Of a stretch of 34,692 bases of DNA, positions 1-8,327 are shown one piece after another; within the stretch, counting starts at the first letter, position 1; each line of letters starts with the position of its first letter. The translations under genes and the position numbers were made by a program. The notes beneath the pieces were generated by a model. That model was given only the letters and a program-made list of their open reading frames with translations, was not told the DNA's origin and searched no databases. The stretch is from assembly GCA_038320275.1 (NCBI GenBank), contig JBBQEB010000020.1, forward strand, positions 1 through 34,692, given 5' to 3'. Source of the DNA: Myxococcales bacterium (GTDB taxonomy: Bacteria; Myxococcota; Myxococcia; Myxococcales; Anaeromyxobacteraceae).

Positions 1-810
1 GTCTGGGCCGCCAACCTCGCCGACCTCGAGCTGCACACCTCGATGCACCGGGTTCCCGAGATCTCGCGGCCGGACATGCTGGTGTTCGACCTCGATCCCG
101 GCCCCCCCGCCGACGCCGTGCAGTGCGCAGAGGTCGCGCTCCTGCTGCGCGGGCTCTTCGATCGGCTCGGGCTGCGCGCCTTCCCCAAGACCTCGGGGTC
201 CAAGGGACTCCAGGTGTACGTGCCGCTGCACACGGAGGTCACCTACGACGACACGAAGTTCTTCGCTCGCGCCGTCGCCGAGCTGCTGGAAGCGGAGCGG
301 CCCGAGCTGGTGGTCTCGTCCATGAAGAAGGCGCTCCGCACGGGCAAGGTGCTCGTCGACTGGAGCCAGAACGACGTCCACAAGACCACCGTCTGCGTCT
401 ACTCCCTCCGGGCAAAGGAACGGCCGACCGTCTCCACCCCGCTGCAATGGGAAGAGGTGGAGGAGGTCGTCCGAACCCGCGCCGCCGCCACCGTCGCCTT
501 CGAATCCAGCGCGGTGCTCGCGCGCGTGCAGGGCCTGGGCGATCTCTTCGCGCCGCTCTTGACGCTGGAGCAGGCGCTTCCGCCCGTCTCCGCGCTCCGC
601 CCTGCCTGGGCAGGAGGATCGCAGGCGCCGCCCGAGCCGCCCCCCTACAATGCCGGCAGGCCCCCGCCTTCCAGAGAGAAGAAGCGACCTGCTCGGGCGT
701 CGGCCCCCACCCGGGCGAGAAAGACCCGCTCCCGGGCGGGCACGTCTCGCAGGGATGGCTACCTTTCGTCGAAATCATCCGACTCGAGCTTTCACCCGGA
801 GGAACCATGA
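1..810 (+). CDS. ligD: NHEJ LigD polymerase/primase domain protein, stand-alone, 5'-truncated by window
   Basis: Frame open from base 1 (VWAANLADLELHTSM...). LigD-POL motifs PDMLVFDLDP, KTSGSKGLQVYVPL, GKVLVDWSQN, YSLRA, VSTPLQWEEV. Ends in a basic/Pro-rich tail. Confidence 0.9.
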   Translation, partial: VWAANLADLELHTSMHRVPEISRPDMLVFDLDPGPPADAVQCAEVALLLRGLFDRLGLRAFPKTSGSKGLQVYVPLHTEVTYDDTKFFARAVAELLEAERPELVVSSMKKALRTGKVLVDWSQNDVHKTTVCVYSLRAKERPTVSTPLQWEEVEEVVRTRAAATVAFESSAVLARVQGLGDLFAPLLTLEQALPPVSALRPAWAGGSQAPPEPPPYNAGRPPPSREKKRPARASAPTRARKTRSRAGTSRRDGYLSSKSSDSSFHPEEP

Positions 811-1238
811 ATCCAGCTCGCACCGACGTGCCTCGAAGGGACCAGGACAGGGGGGCCGTCCAGGCGCTCTCCACCGCGGAGCTCGTGAAGGAGCTCGCGG
901 CCAAGGCGAGCCTCCTCGCGAAGAAGGAGATCGAGCTCGCCAAGACGGAGGCCAAAGCCGACCTTCGCGCCGAGATCAAGATGGCGAGCGGGCTCGGCAT
1001 CGCCGGCGTCTGCGCGCTCATCACGGTCCAGACCCTGCTCGTCGCCCTGGCCTTCGGCCTCGCGGAGGCGGGCGTGATGCGCGGCTGGATCGCCGCCCTT
1101 CTCGTCGCCTTCGTCGTCCTCGCCATCGGCACGGCGGTCGGGCTCACCGGGTGGGCCAAGCGGGTGAAGAAGCCGCTCGCCGCGACGCGCCAGTCGGTCG
1201 AGGAGAACGTCCGATGGGTGAAAGAGCGGATGGCGTGA
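807..1238 (+). CDS. Phage-holin-family (YqjE-like) membrane protein
   Basis: ATG 807 after GGAGG, ATGA overlap with upstream stop. Pattern STAELVKEL...LLAKKEIELAKTE followed by two hydrophobic helices and a QSVEENVRWVKE tail. Confidence 0.75.
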   Translation: MNPARTDVPRRDQDRGAVQALSTAELVKELAAKASLLAKKEIELAKTEAKADLRAEIKMASGLGIAGVCALITVQTLLVALAFGLAEAGVMRGWIAALLVAFVVLAIGTAVGLTGWAKRVKKPLAATRQSVEENVRWVKERMA

Positions 1239-1717
1239 GCCCGGCGAAAGAGAAGGATCCAGAGTCCATCGTGAACGACATCTCCACGCTCCGGGGCGAG
1301 ATCGGCGGCCTCGTCGACGAGCTCGACCGCCGCCGTCGCGAAGTCTTCGACGTGAAGTCGCAGATGCGCAGGCATCCCCAAGCCGTCTCCGTCGGGAGCA
1401 TCGCGCTGGCCGCTCTGGTGGGGGGCACCATCGCCCTCCTCATCTTCAACTCGCGGCGGAGGAGGCGGCCCAGCTATCGAGCGAAGCAGCTCCGCATCGC
1501 CTTCGACCGCGTGATGAAGCACCCGGAGCGCGTCGCTCGGGGCGAATCACCTCCAGGTGAGAAGATCCTGGCAGCGATCGGAACGGCGGCTGCTTCGCTG
1601 CTGGTGAAGCGCGCCCTCGATCGAGCCGTGCCCACGCCCAAGGGCAAGGCCTTCATCGAAGCGCAGACCCAGGCGAAGGCCCAGGCCGACGCCCGCACCA
1701 GCGCGCAGAAGGGGTGA
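1235..1717 (+). CDS. DUF3618-like membrane-anchored hypothetical protein
   Basis: GTGA overlap with previous gene. N-terminal helix DPESIVNDISTLRGEIGGLVDELDRR, then RRHP plus a TM segment and basic cluster; typical partner of the holin-like gene. Confidence 0.65.
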   Translation: MSPAKEKDPESIVNDISTLRGEIGGLVDELDRRRREVFDVKSQMRRHPQAVSVGSIALAALVGGTIALLIFNSRRRRRPSYRAKQLRIAFDRVMKHPERVARGESPPGEKILAAIGTAAASLLVKRALDRAVPTPKGKAFIEAQTQAKAQADARTSAQKG

Positions 1718-1745
1718 GCACGGGGGGCCCGCGGGAAGCCCGCCC

Positions 1746-3272
1746 TCACCCCTCGCCTTTCTTCTCCCGCACGCACTCCTCGGGCCGCTTGTCGTTCCGC
1801 AGCCCCTTGAACGAGGGGTGACGGAGCTTCCCGTCGGCGGTCCACTCCATGAACGCGAGCTGCGCCACGAGCTCCGGCGTCACCCACCGGGCGTCGCGCA
1901 ACCGTGGCGCGCCTTCGACCTGGGGGCCATCCACCACGTCCGGCTCCAGTTTTCGCAGCAGCTCCTTCCGCATCGCGTCGGTGAAGCCGGTGCCCACCTT
2001 GCCGGCGAACCGGAAAACCTGGCCCTCCCTCACCGCGACCAGCAGCGCCCCGACACCCCTCACGCCGTTCTCGAGAGGGGTGTAGCCCACCACCGCGAGC
2101 TCCTGTCCGCCCGAGACCTTCACTTTCAGCCAATCTCGAGCGCGCCCCCCGCGATAGGGTGACCCGGCGCGCTTCGCGATGACGCCCTCCCACCCGGAGC
2201 TTCGTGCGCGCTCCATGGCCGCCGCGATGGAGCCGGACACCTCCTCGGCCAGGTGCACGCCGGCGGGCGCTGGCGCGAGCAGGCTCTCGAGCAGTTCCAC
2301 CCGCTCCTCCAGCGGACGCGGCCTCAGATCGTCGCCCTCGTGCCAGAGCAGGTCGAAGACGTAGTAGGCCACCGTTCCGCCCCTCTGCAGCGCCTGGAAC
2401 CCGGCTGCCTCCCCGCCCCTGTCGGCGACGATCTCTCCGTCGAGCACCGCCTCGCCGACGACGATCTCACGGAGCGCGGCAGCGATCGACGGGAACCGGG
2501 GGGCGAGGTCGAGGCCGTTGCGGCTCTGCAGCGACACCGCGCCGCCCGCGAGGCCCGCCAGCGCACGGAACCCGTCGTACTTCACCTCCAGGCGATCTCC
2601 CGGCCTCACCTCCTCCTCGGTGGAGAGCGTGGCGAGCTGCGGGGGCCAGACCCGCAAGAGGAGATCGATGGGGGTGGAATGTGTTTCCCGGAGCGCCTTC
2701 GCGGCCACCGGCCCCCGGGTGGCCTTTCGCCCGCTCGCGACCGACTCGGGCCGCTCCACTGTGACGTCGTAGCCCGTGCGAGCGGTCTCGTCCTTCGCCT
2801 TGAAGAGGAGCCACTGCTGCTTCCCGCGCGCGGACCGCGTGCGCACGAGGTGCCACACGCCGCGAAGCTTCTCGCCCTCGAGCGCGAGCTGGAGGTGGCC
2901 CTTCTTCCTCTGGGCGACGGCCTGGCCCGGGGGCACCGTGTCCCAGGTGCCGCGCTCCCAGATGATGGAGTCCCCCGCCCCGTACTGGCCATCGGGGATC
3001 CGTCCTTCGAAGCTCCCGTACGCGAAGGGGTGGTCCTCCGTCTCGACGGCCAGCCGCTTCTCCGCGGGGTCGTAGCTCGGCCCCTTGGGCACGGCCCAGC
3101 TCGCCAGGACGCCCTCCACCTCCAGGCGGAGGTCGTAGTGAAGGCTCCGCGCGTGGTGTTTGTGGATCATGAAGGTGAGGGGCGCGTTCTTGCGGCGGCG
3201 CGCGGCGCCGGCGGGCGGCTCGGGCGTCCTCGCGAAGTCGCGCTTGCTCCGGTAGACGTCGAGCTTGGCCAT
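1746..3272 (-). CDS. ligD: LigD phosphoesterase + ATP-dependent DNA ligase (PE-LIG, no polymerase domain)
   Basis: Start MAKLDVYRSKRDFARTPEP after AGGAG. PE motif HKHHARSLHYDLRLE...SWAVPKGPS. Ligase motifs EVKYDG, LDGEIV, YVFDLL, EGVIAK, WLKVK and OB-fold LRHPSFKGLRNDK. Confidence 0.92.
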   Translation of the reverse strand: MAKLDVYRSKRDFARTPEPPAGAARRRKNAPLTFMIHKHHARSLHYDLRLEVEGVLASWAVPKGPSYDPAEKRLAVETEDHPFAYGSFEGRIPDGQYGAGDSIIWERGTWDTVPPGQAVAQRKKGHLQLALEGEKLRGVWHLVRTRSARGKQQWLLFKAKDETARTGYDVTVERPESVASGRKATRGPVAAKALRETHSTPIDLLLRVWPPQLATLSTEEEVRPGDRLEVKYDGFRALAGLAGGAVSLQSRNGLDLAPRFPSIAAALREIVVGEAVLDGEIVADRGGEAAGFQALQRGGTVAYYVFDLLWHEGDDLRPRPLEERVELLESLLAPAPAGVHLAEEVSGSIAAAMERARSSGWEGVIAKRAGSPYRGGRARDWLKVKVSGGQELAVVGYTPLENGVRGVGALLVAVREGQVFRFAGKVGTGFTDAMRKELLRKLEPDVVDGPQVEGAPRLRDARWVTPELVAQLAFMEWTADGKLRHPSFKGLRNDKRPEECVREKKGEG

Positions 3273-3410
3273 GCGTCTCCTCCCCCCCCCGCCAGCGGGA
3301 CACCAGGAACATGGGGCCGCGGGGTCCATCCGTGAAGGCGGGCGGATGGGCAGGCGGACGGAGCGTGCCCATCCTGTAAGGGCACTCGAGATCAGGGGAG
3401 ACGATCACAC

Positions 3411-3887
3411 ATGGCATTCATCGAGAAGTCGATCCACATCGACCGGCCCGTCCGAACCGTCTACGACCAGTGGACGCAGTTCGAGGAGTTCCCGAAGTTC
3501 ATGGAGGGCGTGAAGGAGGTGAAGCAGGTCGACTCCACGCACCTCTCCTGGCGCGCCGACATCGCCGGCAAGGAGGAGTCCTGGAACGCGGAGGTCACGC
3601 TCCAGAAGCCCGACCACGGCATCGCCTGGAAGAACACCAGCGGCCCGTACAACGCAGGGCTCGTCTCGTTCCAGATCGAGAACGGAGGCACGCTCCTCTC
3701 GCTGCGCCTCGACTACGAGCCCCAGGGCTTGCTGGAGAAGATCGGCGACGCGCTGGGCTTCGTCACCCGACGCGTGGAAGGCGACCTCGAGCGCTTCAAG
3801 AAGTTCATCGAGGAGCGCGGCGCCGCCACGGGCGCCTGGCGAGGCGAGGTGGCCGCGCAGAGCACGCCCAACACCAAGCCGCGGTAG
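3411..3887 (+). CDS. SRPBCC/polyketide-cyclase family protein
   Basis: IEKSIHIDRPVRTVYDQWTQFEEFPKFMEGV...GDLERFKKFIE...GAWRGEV; GGGGAG RBS upstream. Confidence 0.88.
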   Translation: MAFIEKSIHIDRPVRTVYDQWTQFEEFPKFMEGVKEVKQVDSTHLSWRADIAGKEESWNAEVTLQKPDHGIAWKNTSGPYNAGLVSFQIENGGTLLSLRLDYEPQGLLEKIGDALGFVTRRVEGDLERFKKFIEERGAATGAWRGEVAAQSTPNTKPR

Positions 3888-3898
3888 TCGAAGGTCTG

Positions 3899-3939
3899 CC
3901 CCGAGGCTTCCCGGGAGCAGGCGCCCGGGCGCCTCGGGG
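3899..3939. terminator. Hairpin between convergent SRPBCC and lpxC genes, probable bidirectional terminator
   Basis: CCCCGAGGC-tt-CCCGGG / CCCGGG-c-GCCTCGGGG inverted repeat. Confidence 0.6.
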
Positions 3940-4860
3940 TCAGGCCATCTCGGGCAGGCCCAGCGCCGGCAGCCGGATCTGGAGCTCCTCTGCCTGCTCG
4001 TCCGCGGTGACCCGCACCATCCGGTAGCTGCCCGGCTCGGCCAGCACCTTGCGAACGAGCGCCTGATTGAGGGCGTGGCCGCTCTTCTTCGCGGTCAGCG
4101 CGCCGATCACCGGCATCCCCAGGAGGGAGAGGTCGCCGAGCGCGTCGAGCACCTTGTGGCGCGCGAACTCGTCCGGAAAGCGCAGCCCGTCCGGATTGAG
4201 AATGGAGAACTCGTCCACCACGATGGCGTTGTCGAGGCTGCCGCCCAGCGCGAGCCCCGCCGCCTTCATGCGCGCGATGTCCCGGACGAAACAGAAGGTG
4301 CGGGCGGGCGCGACCTCGCGCGCGAAGCGCTTGTCGGAGAAGACGAAGGTGTGGGTCTGATCGGTGATGAGCGGATGGTTGAAGTCCACCGTGAAGCGGA
4401 TGCTCAGCTCCTCCGACGGGTCGAGGCGCGCGAGCTTGTCGCCGTCCTTCACCTCGATGGTGTGGGTGACGAGGAGGAACCGCTTGCCCGCCCGCTGGGC
4501 GCGGACGCCCGCCTCCTGCACGAGGTAGACGAAAGGCGCCGCGGAGCCGTCGAGGATGGGGATCTCGGGACCGTCCACCTCCACCCGGCAGTTGTCGATA
4601 CCGCAGCCGGTGAGCGCTGCCATGACGTGCTCGACCGTCGCCACTCGCGCCTTGCCGAGCCCGAGCGAGGTGCTGAGGGTGGTGTCCACCACGTTCTCGG
4701 CGCGGGCCGGGATCTCGATGCCGAGGTCGCGGCGGAGAAAGGTGATGCCGACGTCGGGCGGAGCAGGCGCGAGCGTCAGCTTCGCCGGCTTGCCTGAGTG
4801 AAGTCCGACCCCGGTGCAGCTCACCCGACGCGCCACCGTTCGCTGGATCCAGTTTTCCAT
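3940..4860 (-). CDS. lpxC: UDP-3-O-acyl-N-acetylglucosamine deacetylase
   Basis: QRT...GVGLHSG, TVEHVMAAL, EIPILDGSA, ARTF, GGSLDNAIV, DEFARHKVLDALGDL, KSGH. Confidence 0.96.
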   Translation of the reverse strand: MENWIQRTVARRVSCTGVGLHSGKPAKLTLAPAPPDVGITFLRRDLGIEIPARAENVVDTTLSTSLGLGKARVATVEHVMAALTGCGIDNCRVEVDGPEIPILDGSAAPFVYLVQEAGVRAQRAGKRFLLVTHTIEVKDGDKLARLDPSEELSIRFTVDFNHPLITDQTHTFVFSDKRFAREVAPARTFCFVRDIARMKAAGLALGGSLDNAIVVDEFSILNPDGLRFPDEFARHKVLDALGDLSLLGMPVIGALTAKKSGHALNQALVRKVLAEPGSYRMVRVTADEQAEELQIRLPALGLPEMA

Positions 4861-4950
4861 ATGTGAGACGCCGCTCCTGAAACCCCGCTCGCCACCGATC
4901 GTTGCGCCGAGTCCCCGCGCGGGCGCGGTGAACTCCCCGGTGCTGCCAAC

Positions 4951-4966
4951 AGCAAACGGCATGCCG
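4951..4966 (-). promoter_or_regulatory. Putative sigma54 (-24/-12) promoter for lpxC
   Basis: Minus strand CGGCATG-CCGT-TTGCT with exact GG-N10-GC spacing, about 90 nt upstream of the ATG. Confidence 0.6.
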
Positions 4967-5245
4967 TCCCGCAGGGCCATCCCACGTCCGCGGGTCGATG
5001 CCGTCGCCGCCGAGAAGCGTTGAAGCTACGGCCCGTTGCGTCGACCTACCCTGGTGACCGCTGCCGTACACCCCCGCGCAAGAAGGTCATGCCCTGACAT
5101 TTCTGTCGCGGGTGACGAGCGGGCGGAAGCCTGACGCGGCGGGTTATATCACCCGCCCTCACCTTGGAAAGTTTCGTTCCGTGAACAGGTCCGTGGCTCT
5201 CCCGGTCAGACGCTTCCCTCGAGAGGACCTGGGGAGCCCTGCCGC

Positions 5246-5953
5246 GTGATCCCGCTGAAGGACGACGTCCCGGTCGGCCGCGCCCCCTTGCTCACGGGGA
5301 CGCTCATCGCGGCCAATGCGATCGCCTTCCTGTGGCAGGTGGACGTGGTGGGCCTTCCCCTCTCCGTGCAGATCGGCGGCGCGATCCCGTACGAGATCTT
5401 GCGCATGCGGGACATGCCCCCGCTCGACCTGGTGCCCCCGCCCTTCACCGTCCTCACGAGTCTGTTCCTGCACGGCGGGCTCATGCACCTCGCGGGAAAC
5501 ATGCTGTTCCTCTGGATCTTCGGCAACAACGTGGAGGACGCGCTGGGGCGAGGACGCTTCCTGCTCTTCTATCTCGCCTGCGGGGTGGTGGCGGCGCTCG
5601 CGCAGACGGCGGCCACGGTGCTGACCGGCGACCTGGCGGCCCTCTCGATCCCGATGGTGGGTGCCAGCGGGGCCATCGCCGGAGTGCTGGCGGCATACAT
5701 GGTCCTGTTCCCCCGCGCCCGCGTGCTCACCGTCGTCCCCATCTTCTTCTTCATCCGGCTCATGTACATCCCGGCCAGGTTCTTCCTCGGGCTCTGGTTT
5801 GCGCTGCAGCTTCTCAACGCGCTCTTCGGCGGCCCGGCGAGCGGAGTCGCCTTCGTGGCGCACGTGGGGGGGTTCCTGGCAGGGCTCCTGCTCGTCAAGG
5901 CGGCCAGGCCGCGGCCGCTCCCCACCTTCCCGGTGCGCCGCCCGGGCTGGTGA
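5246..5953 (+). CDS. Rhomboid family intramembrane serine protease
   Basis: MIPLKDD N-terminus, SLFLHGGLMHLAGNMLFLWIFGNNVED, catalytic GASG, VAFVAHVGGF. Confidence 0.93.
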   Translation: MIPLKDDVPVGRAPLLTGTLIAANAIAFLWQVDVVGLPLSVQIGGAIPYEILRMRDMPPLDLVPPPFTVLTSLFLHGGLMHLAGNMLFLWIFGNNVEDALGRGRFLLFYLACGVVAALAQTAATVLTGDLAALSIPMVGASGAIAGVLAAYMVLFPRARVLTVVPIFFFIRLMYIPARFFLGLWFALQLLNALFGGPASGVAFVAHVGGFLAGLLLVKAARPRPLPTFPVRRPGW

Positions 5954-6070
5954 CCAGCGCCCGCCGCGCACCTTCGCCGTCATTTTCCGGGTGGCCCTGT
6001 CCGCAGCCCGCGATCGAGGAGAGCGGCCTGCTGCCGGGCTTCCCTTCGGTCGCCGGACGGGCTCCGCCGC

Positions 6071-7096
6071 CTAGAACAGCCCCGGTTGCTTCCCGCCGGG
6101 CCGCTGCCGGCCCAGGTGCTCGTACGCAGCCGGAAGCGCCATGCGCCCCCTCGGCGTGCGGGCGAGGTAGCCTTCCCGGACGAGGAAGGGCTCGTACACG
6201 TCCTCGATGGTCTGGCCCTCCTCGCCGACCGCCGCCGCGACGGCGTCGATGCCGACGGGTCCTCCGCCAAAGGTGTCGAGCACGCAGGCGAGGATGCGAC
6301 GGTCCATGCCGTCGAGGCCGCGCGCATCGACCTCCAGCCGGATGAGCGTGAGCTCCACGATGGCGCGATCGACGGTGCCATTGCCCTCCACCTGGGCGAA
6401 GTCGCGCGCCCGCTGCAGGAGCCGGATGGCGATGCGGGGCGTGCCGCGCGCCCGCTTCGCAAGCTCCTCCGCACCGGACGGCTCGACGCTCAGTCCGAGC
6501 TTCCGGCCCGCCCGCTCGACGATGATCTTGAGCTCGGTCGGCGCGTAGTAGTCGAGCCGCTCCTGGATGGGGAAGCGGTCGCGCAGCGGGCTCGCGAGGA
6601 GGCCCGTGCGCGTGGTGGCGCCCACCAGGGTGAAGCGCTCGAGCTTCATCTCCATGGTCTGCGCGCCCAGCCCCGCCCCGAGCACCACGTCGAAGCGGAA
6701 ATCCTCCATGGCGGGGTAGAGCGCCTCCTCGACCGCTGGCGCCAGCCGGTGGATCTCGTCGATGAAGAGGATGTCGCGGGGCGCGAGGGCGGTGAGCAGT
6801 CCGGCGAGGTCCCCCTTCTTCACCAGGGCGGGACCGCTCGTCACGTGGAGCGCCACCCCGAGCTCGCGGGCGAGGATGTGCGCGAGCGAGGTCTTGCCGA
6901 GCCCGGGCGGCCCGGAGAGCAGGACGTGGTCGAGCGCCTCTCCGCGCCCGCGCGCCGCCTGGGCGTAGACGCGGAAGTTGGAGACGAGCTTTTCCTGCCC
7001 GACGTACTCCTCGAAGGTGGCCGGGCGCAGCGACTGCTCGAGCCGCTCCTCTCCCTCGCGCGCCTCGGCGGAGATGTCGCGGACGGGCTTGGGCAT
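6071..7096 (-). CDS. ruvB: Holliday junction branch migration helicase RuvB
   Basis: SLRPATFEEYVGQ, GPPGLGKT, FIDEIHRL, GATTRTG, RGTPRIA, RTPRGR. Confidence 0.97.
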   Translation of the reverse strand: MPKPVRDISAEAREGEERLEQSLRPATFEEYVGQEKLVSNFRVYAQAARGRGEALDHVLLSGPPGLGKTSLAHILARELGVALHVTSGPALVKKGDLAGLLTALAPRDILFIDEIHRLAPAVEEALYPAMEDFRFDVVLGAGLGAQTMEMKLERFTLVGATTRTGLLASPLRDRFPIQERLDYYAPTELKIIVERAGRKLGLSVEPSGAEELAKRARGTPRIAIRLLQRARDFAQVEGNGTVDRAIVELTLIRLEVDARGLDGMDRRILACVLDTFGGGPVGIDAVAAAVGEEGQTIEDVYEPFLVREGYLARTPRGRMALPAAYEHLGRQRPGGKQPGLF

Positions 7097-7129
7097 CGCT
7101 GGGCAGCCTAGCAGGCGGGGCTGACGGCG

Positions 7130-7726
7130 CTACCCGCGCAGCCGCTTCAAGGCCTCCCGGAGGAGCTCGTCGAGCGGCTTTCCGGCGGCCTCGCCGCGCA
7201 GCGCGCCCGCCGCCGCCTCCGCCTGCGCCGGCTTGAAGCCGAGCCCCAGCAGCGCCGCCTCGAGCTGCTCCAGCGGCCCTCCGGCGGCTCCCTTCGTACC
7301 GGGCGGCGACGCCGCGCGCGCGAGCGCGAGGAGCTTGTCCTTGAGCTCCACGACGAGTCGTTCCGCCGTCTTCTTGCCCACGCCGGGGATCTTGGTGAGC
7401 CGGGCCACATCGCCCTGGGCCACCGCGCGCGCCAGCTCCCGCGCCTCGATGCCGGACAGGATGTTCTGGGCCGCCCGGGGCCCGACGTTCTTCACGGCCG
7501 TGAGCTCGTGGAAGACCGACTCCTCCTCCTCGCTCGCGAAGCCGAAGAGCTGCAGGGCGTCCTCCCGCACATGCGTGTGCGTGCGCACCGAGGCGCGCTC
7601 ACCCGGCGGCGGCAGAGCGGCCAGGGCCACCGCCGAGAGCTGCACCCGGTAACCGACGCCGTTCACGTCGAGGATGGCGTGGTCGGTGCCCTTCTCGGCC
7701 ACGAGGCCCGTGAGGCGCGCGATCAC
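7130..7726 (-). CDS. ruvA: Holliday junction branch migration protein RuvA
   Basis: [27 protein letters not shown], Hh[20 protein letters not shown]. Confidence 0.96.
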   Translation of the reverse strand: MIARLTGLVAEKGTDHAILDVNGVGYRVQLSAVALAALPPPGERASVRTHTHVREDALQLFGFASEEEESVFHELTAVKNVGPRAAQNILSGIEARELARAVAQGDVARLTKIPGVGKKTAERLVVELKDKLLALARAASPPGTKGAAGGPLEQLEAALLGLGFKPAQAEAAAGALRGEAAGKPLDELLREALKRLRG

Positions 7727-7727
7727 C

Positions 7728-8276
7728 TCACGCCACCTTGACGAACCGGCGGACGGAGGGGCGGAGCTGGCCGGTGGAGAGCTTGCGCGGCGCGCCCTCC
7801 CGCCCCGCCGCTCGGGCCCGGCCGCGGGCCAGGTGACAGACGGCGATGGCGATGGCGTCCGCCTCGTCGGCGAGCCGCACCTCCAGGCCGAAGATCGATC
7901 GGGCGGTGCGGATCATCTGCGCCTTCTCGGCCCGTCCACTTCCCGTGAACGCCCGCTTCACCTCCGCGGGCGCGTACTCGAACACCGGCAGCCCCGCGCC
8001 CGCGGCGGCCGCCAGCGCCACGCCGCGCGCCTGCCCCAGCGCCAGCGCCGAGCGCGGCGAGAGGCCACAGAACGCGGTCTCGACCGCGACCGCGTCCACC
8101 CCGCCCCTCGCGAGCAGCGCGCTGAGACCCTGCAGGATGGCGGCGAGGCGCTCCGCCATGGGGATGCGGCCGGGCACGAACACGCCGGAGGCCATCACCG
8201 AGAGCTTCGACCCGGAGCGTCCCACCACGCCGAAGCCGCAGCGGCAGGAGCCGGGATCGATGCCGAGGACCACCAT
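7728..8276 (-). CDS. ruvC: Crossover junction endodeoxyribonuclease RuvC
   Basis: [27 protein letters not shown]...[19 protein letters not shown]. Start placed at ATG 8276; ATG 8285 is an alternative. Confidence 0.94.
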   Translation of the reverse strand: MVVLGIDPGSCRCGFGVVGRSGSKLSVMASGVFVPGRIPMAERLAAILQGLSALLARGGVDAVAVETAFCGLSPRSALALGQARGVALAAAAGAGLPVFEYAPAEVKRAFTGSGRAEKAQMIRTARSIFGLEVRLADEADAIAIAVCHLARGRARAAGREGAPRKLSTGQLRPSVRRFVKVA

Positions 8277-8296
8277 CCGCCGCATGCTACCACTGC

Positions 8297-8327
8297 CTGA
8301 AAGCACGTCCAGAGAACACCGTTTCAG
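8297..8327. promoter_or_regulatory. Tandem LexA-like (SOS) boxes upstream of ruvCAB
   Basis: CTGAAA-GCAC-GTCCAG (8297-8312) and GAGAAC-ACCG-TTTCAG (8312-8327), both resembling the myxobacterial CTGAAC-N4-GTTCAG palindrome. Confidence 0.6.

Noticed and set aside
807..1238. Holin as evidence of a prophage
   Set aside because: This family is a common chromosomal membrane protein; no endolysin, integrase or phage structural genes nearby
3282..3290. C9 (G9 on minus) tract next to the ligD Shine-Dalgarno as a phase-variation switch
   Set aside because: It lies in the untranslated leader upstream of the SD, so length change would alter neither frame nor SD spacing
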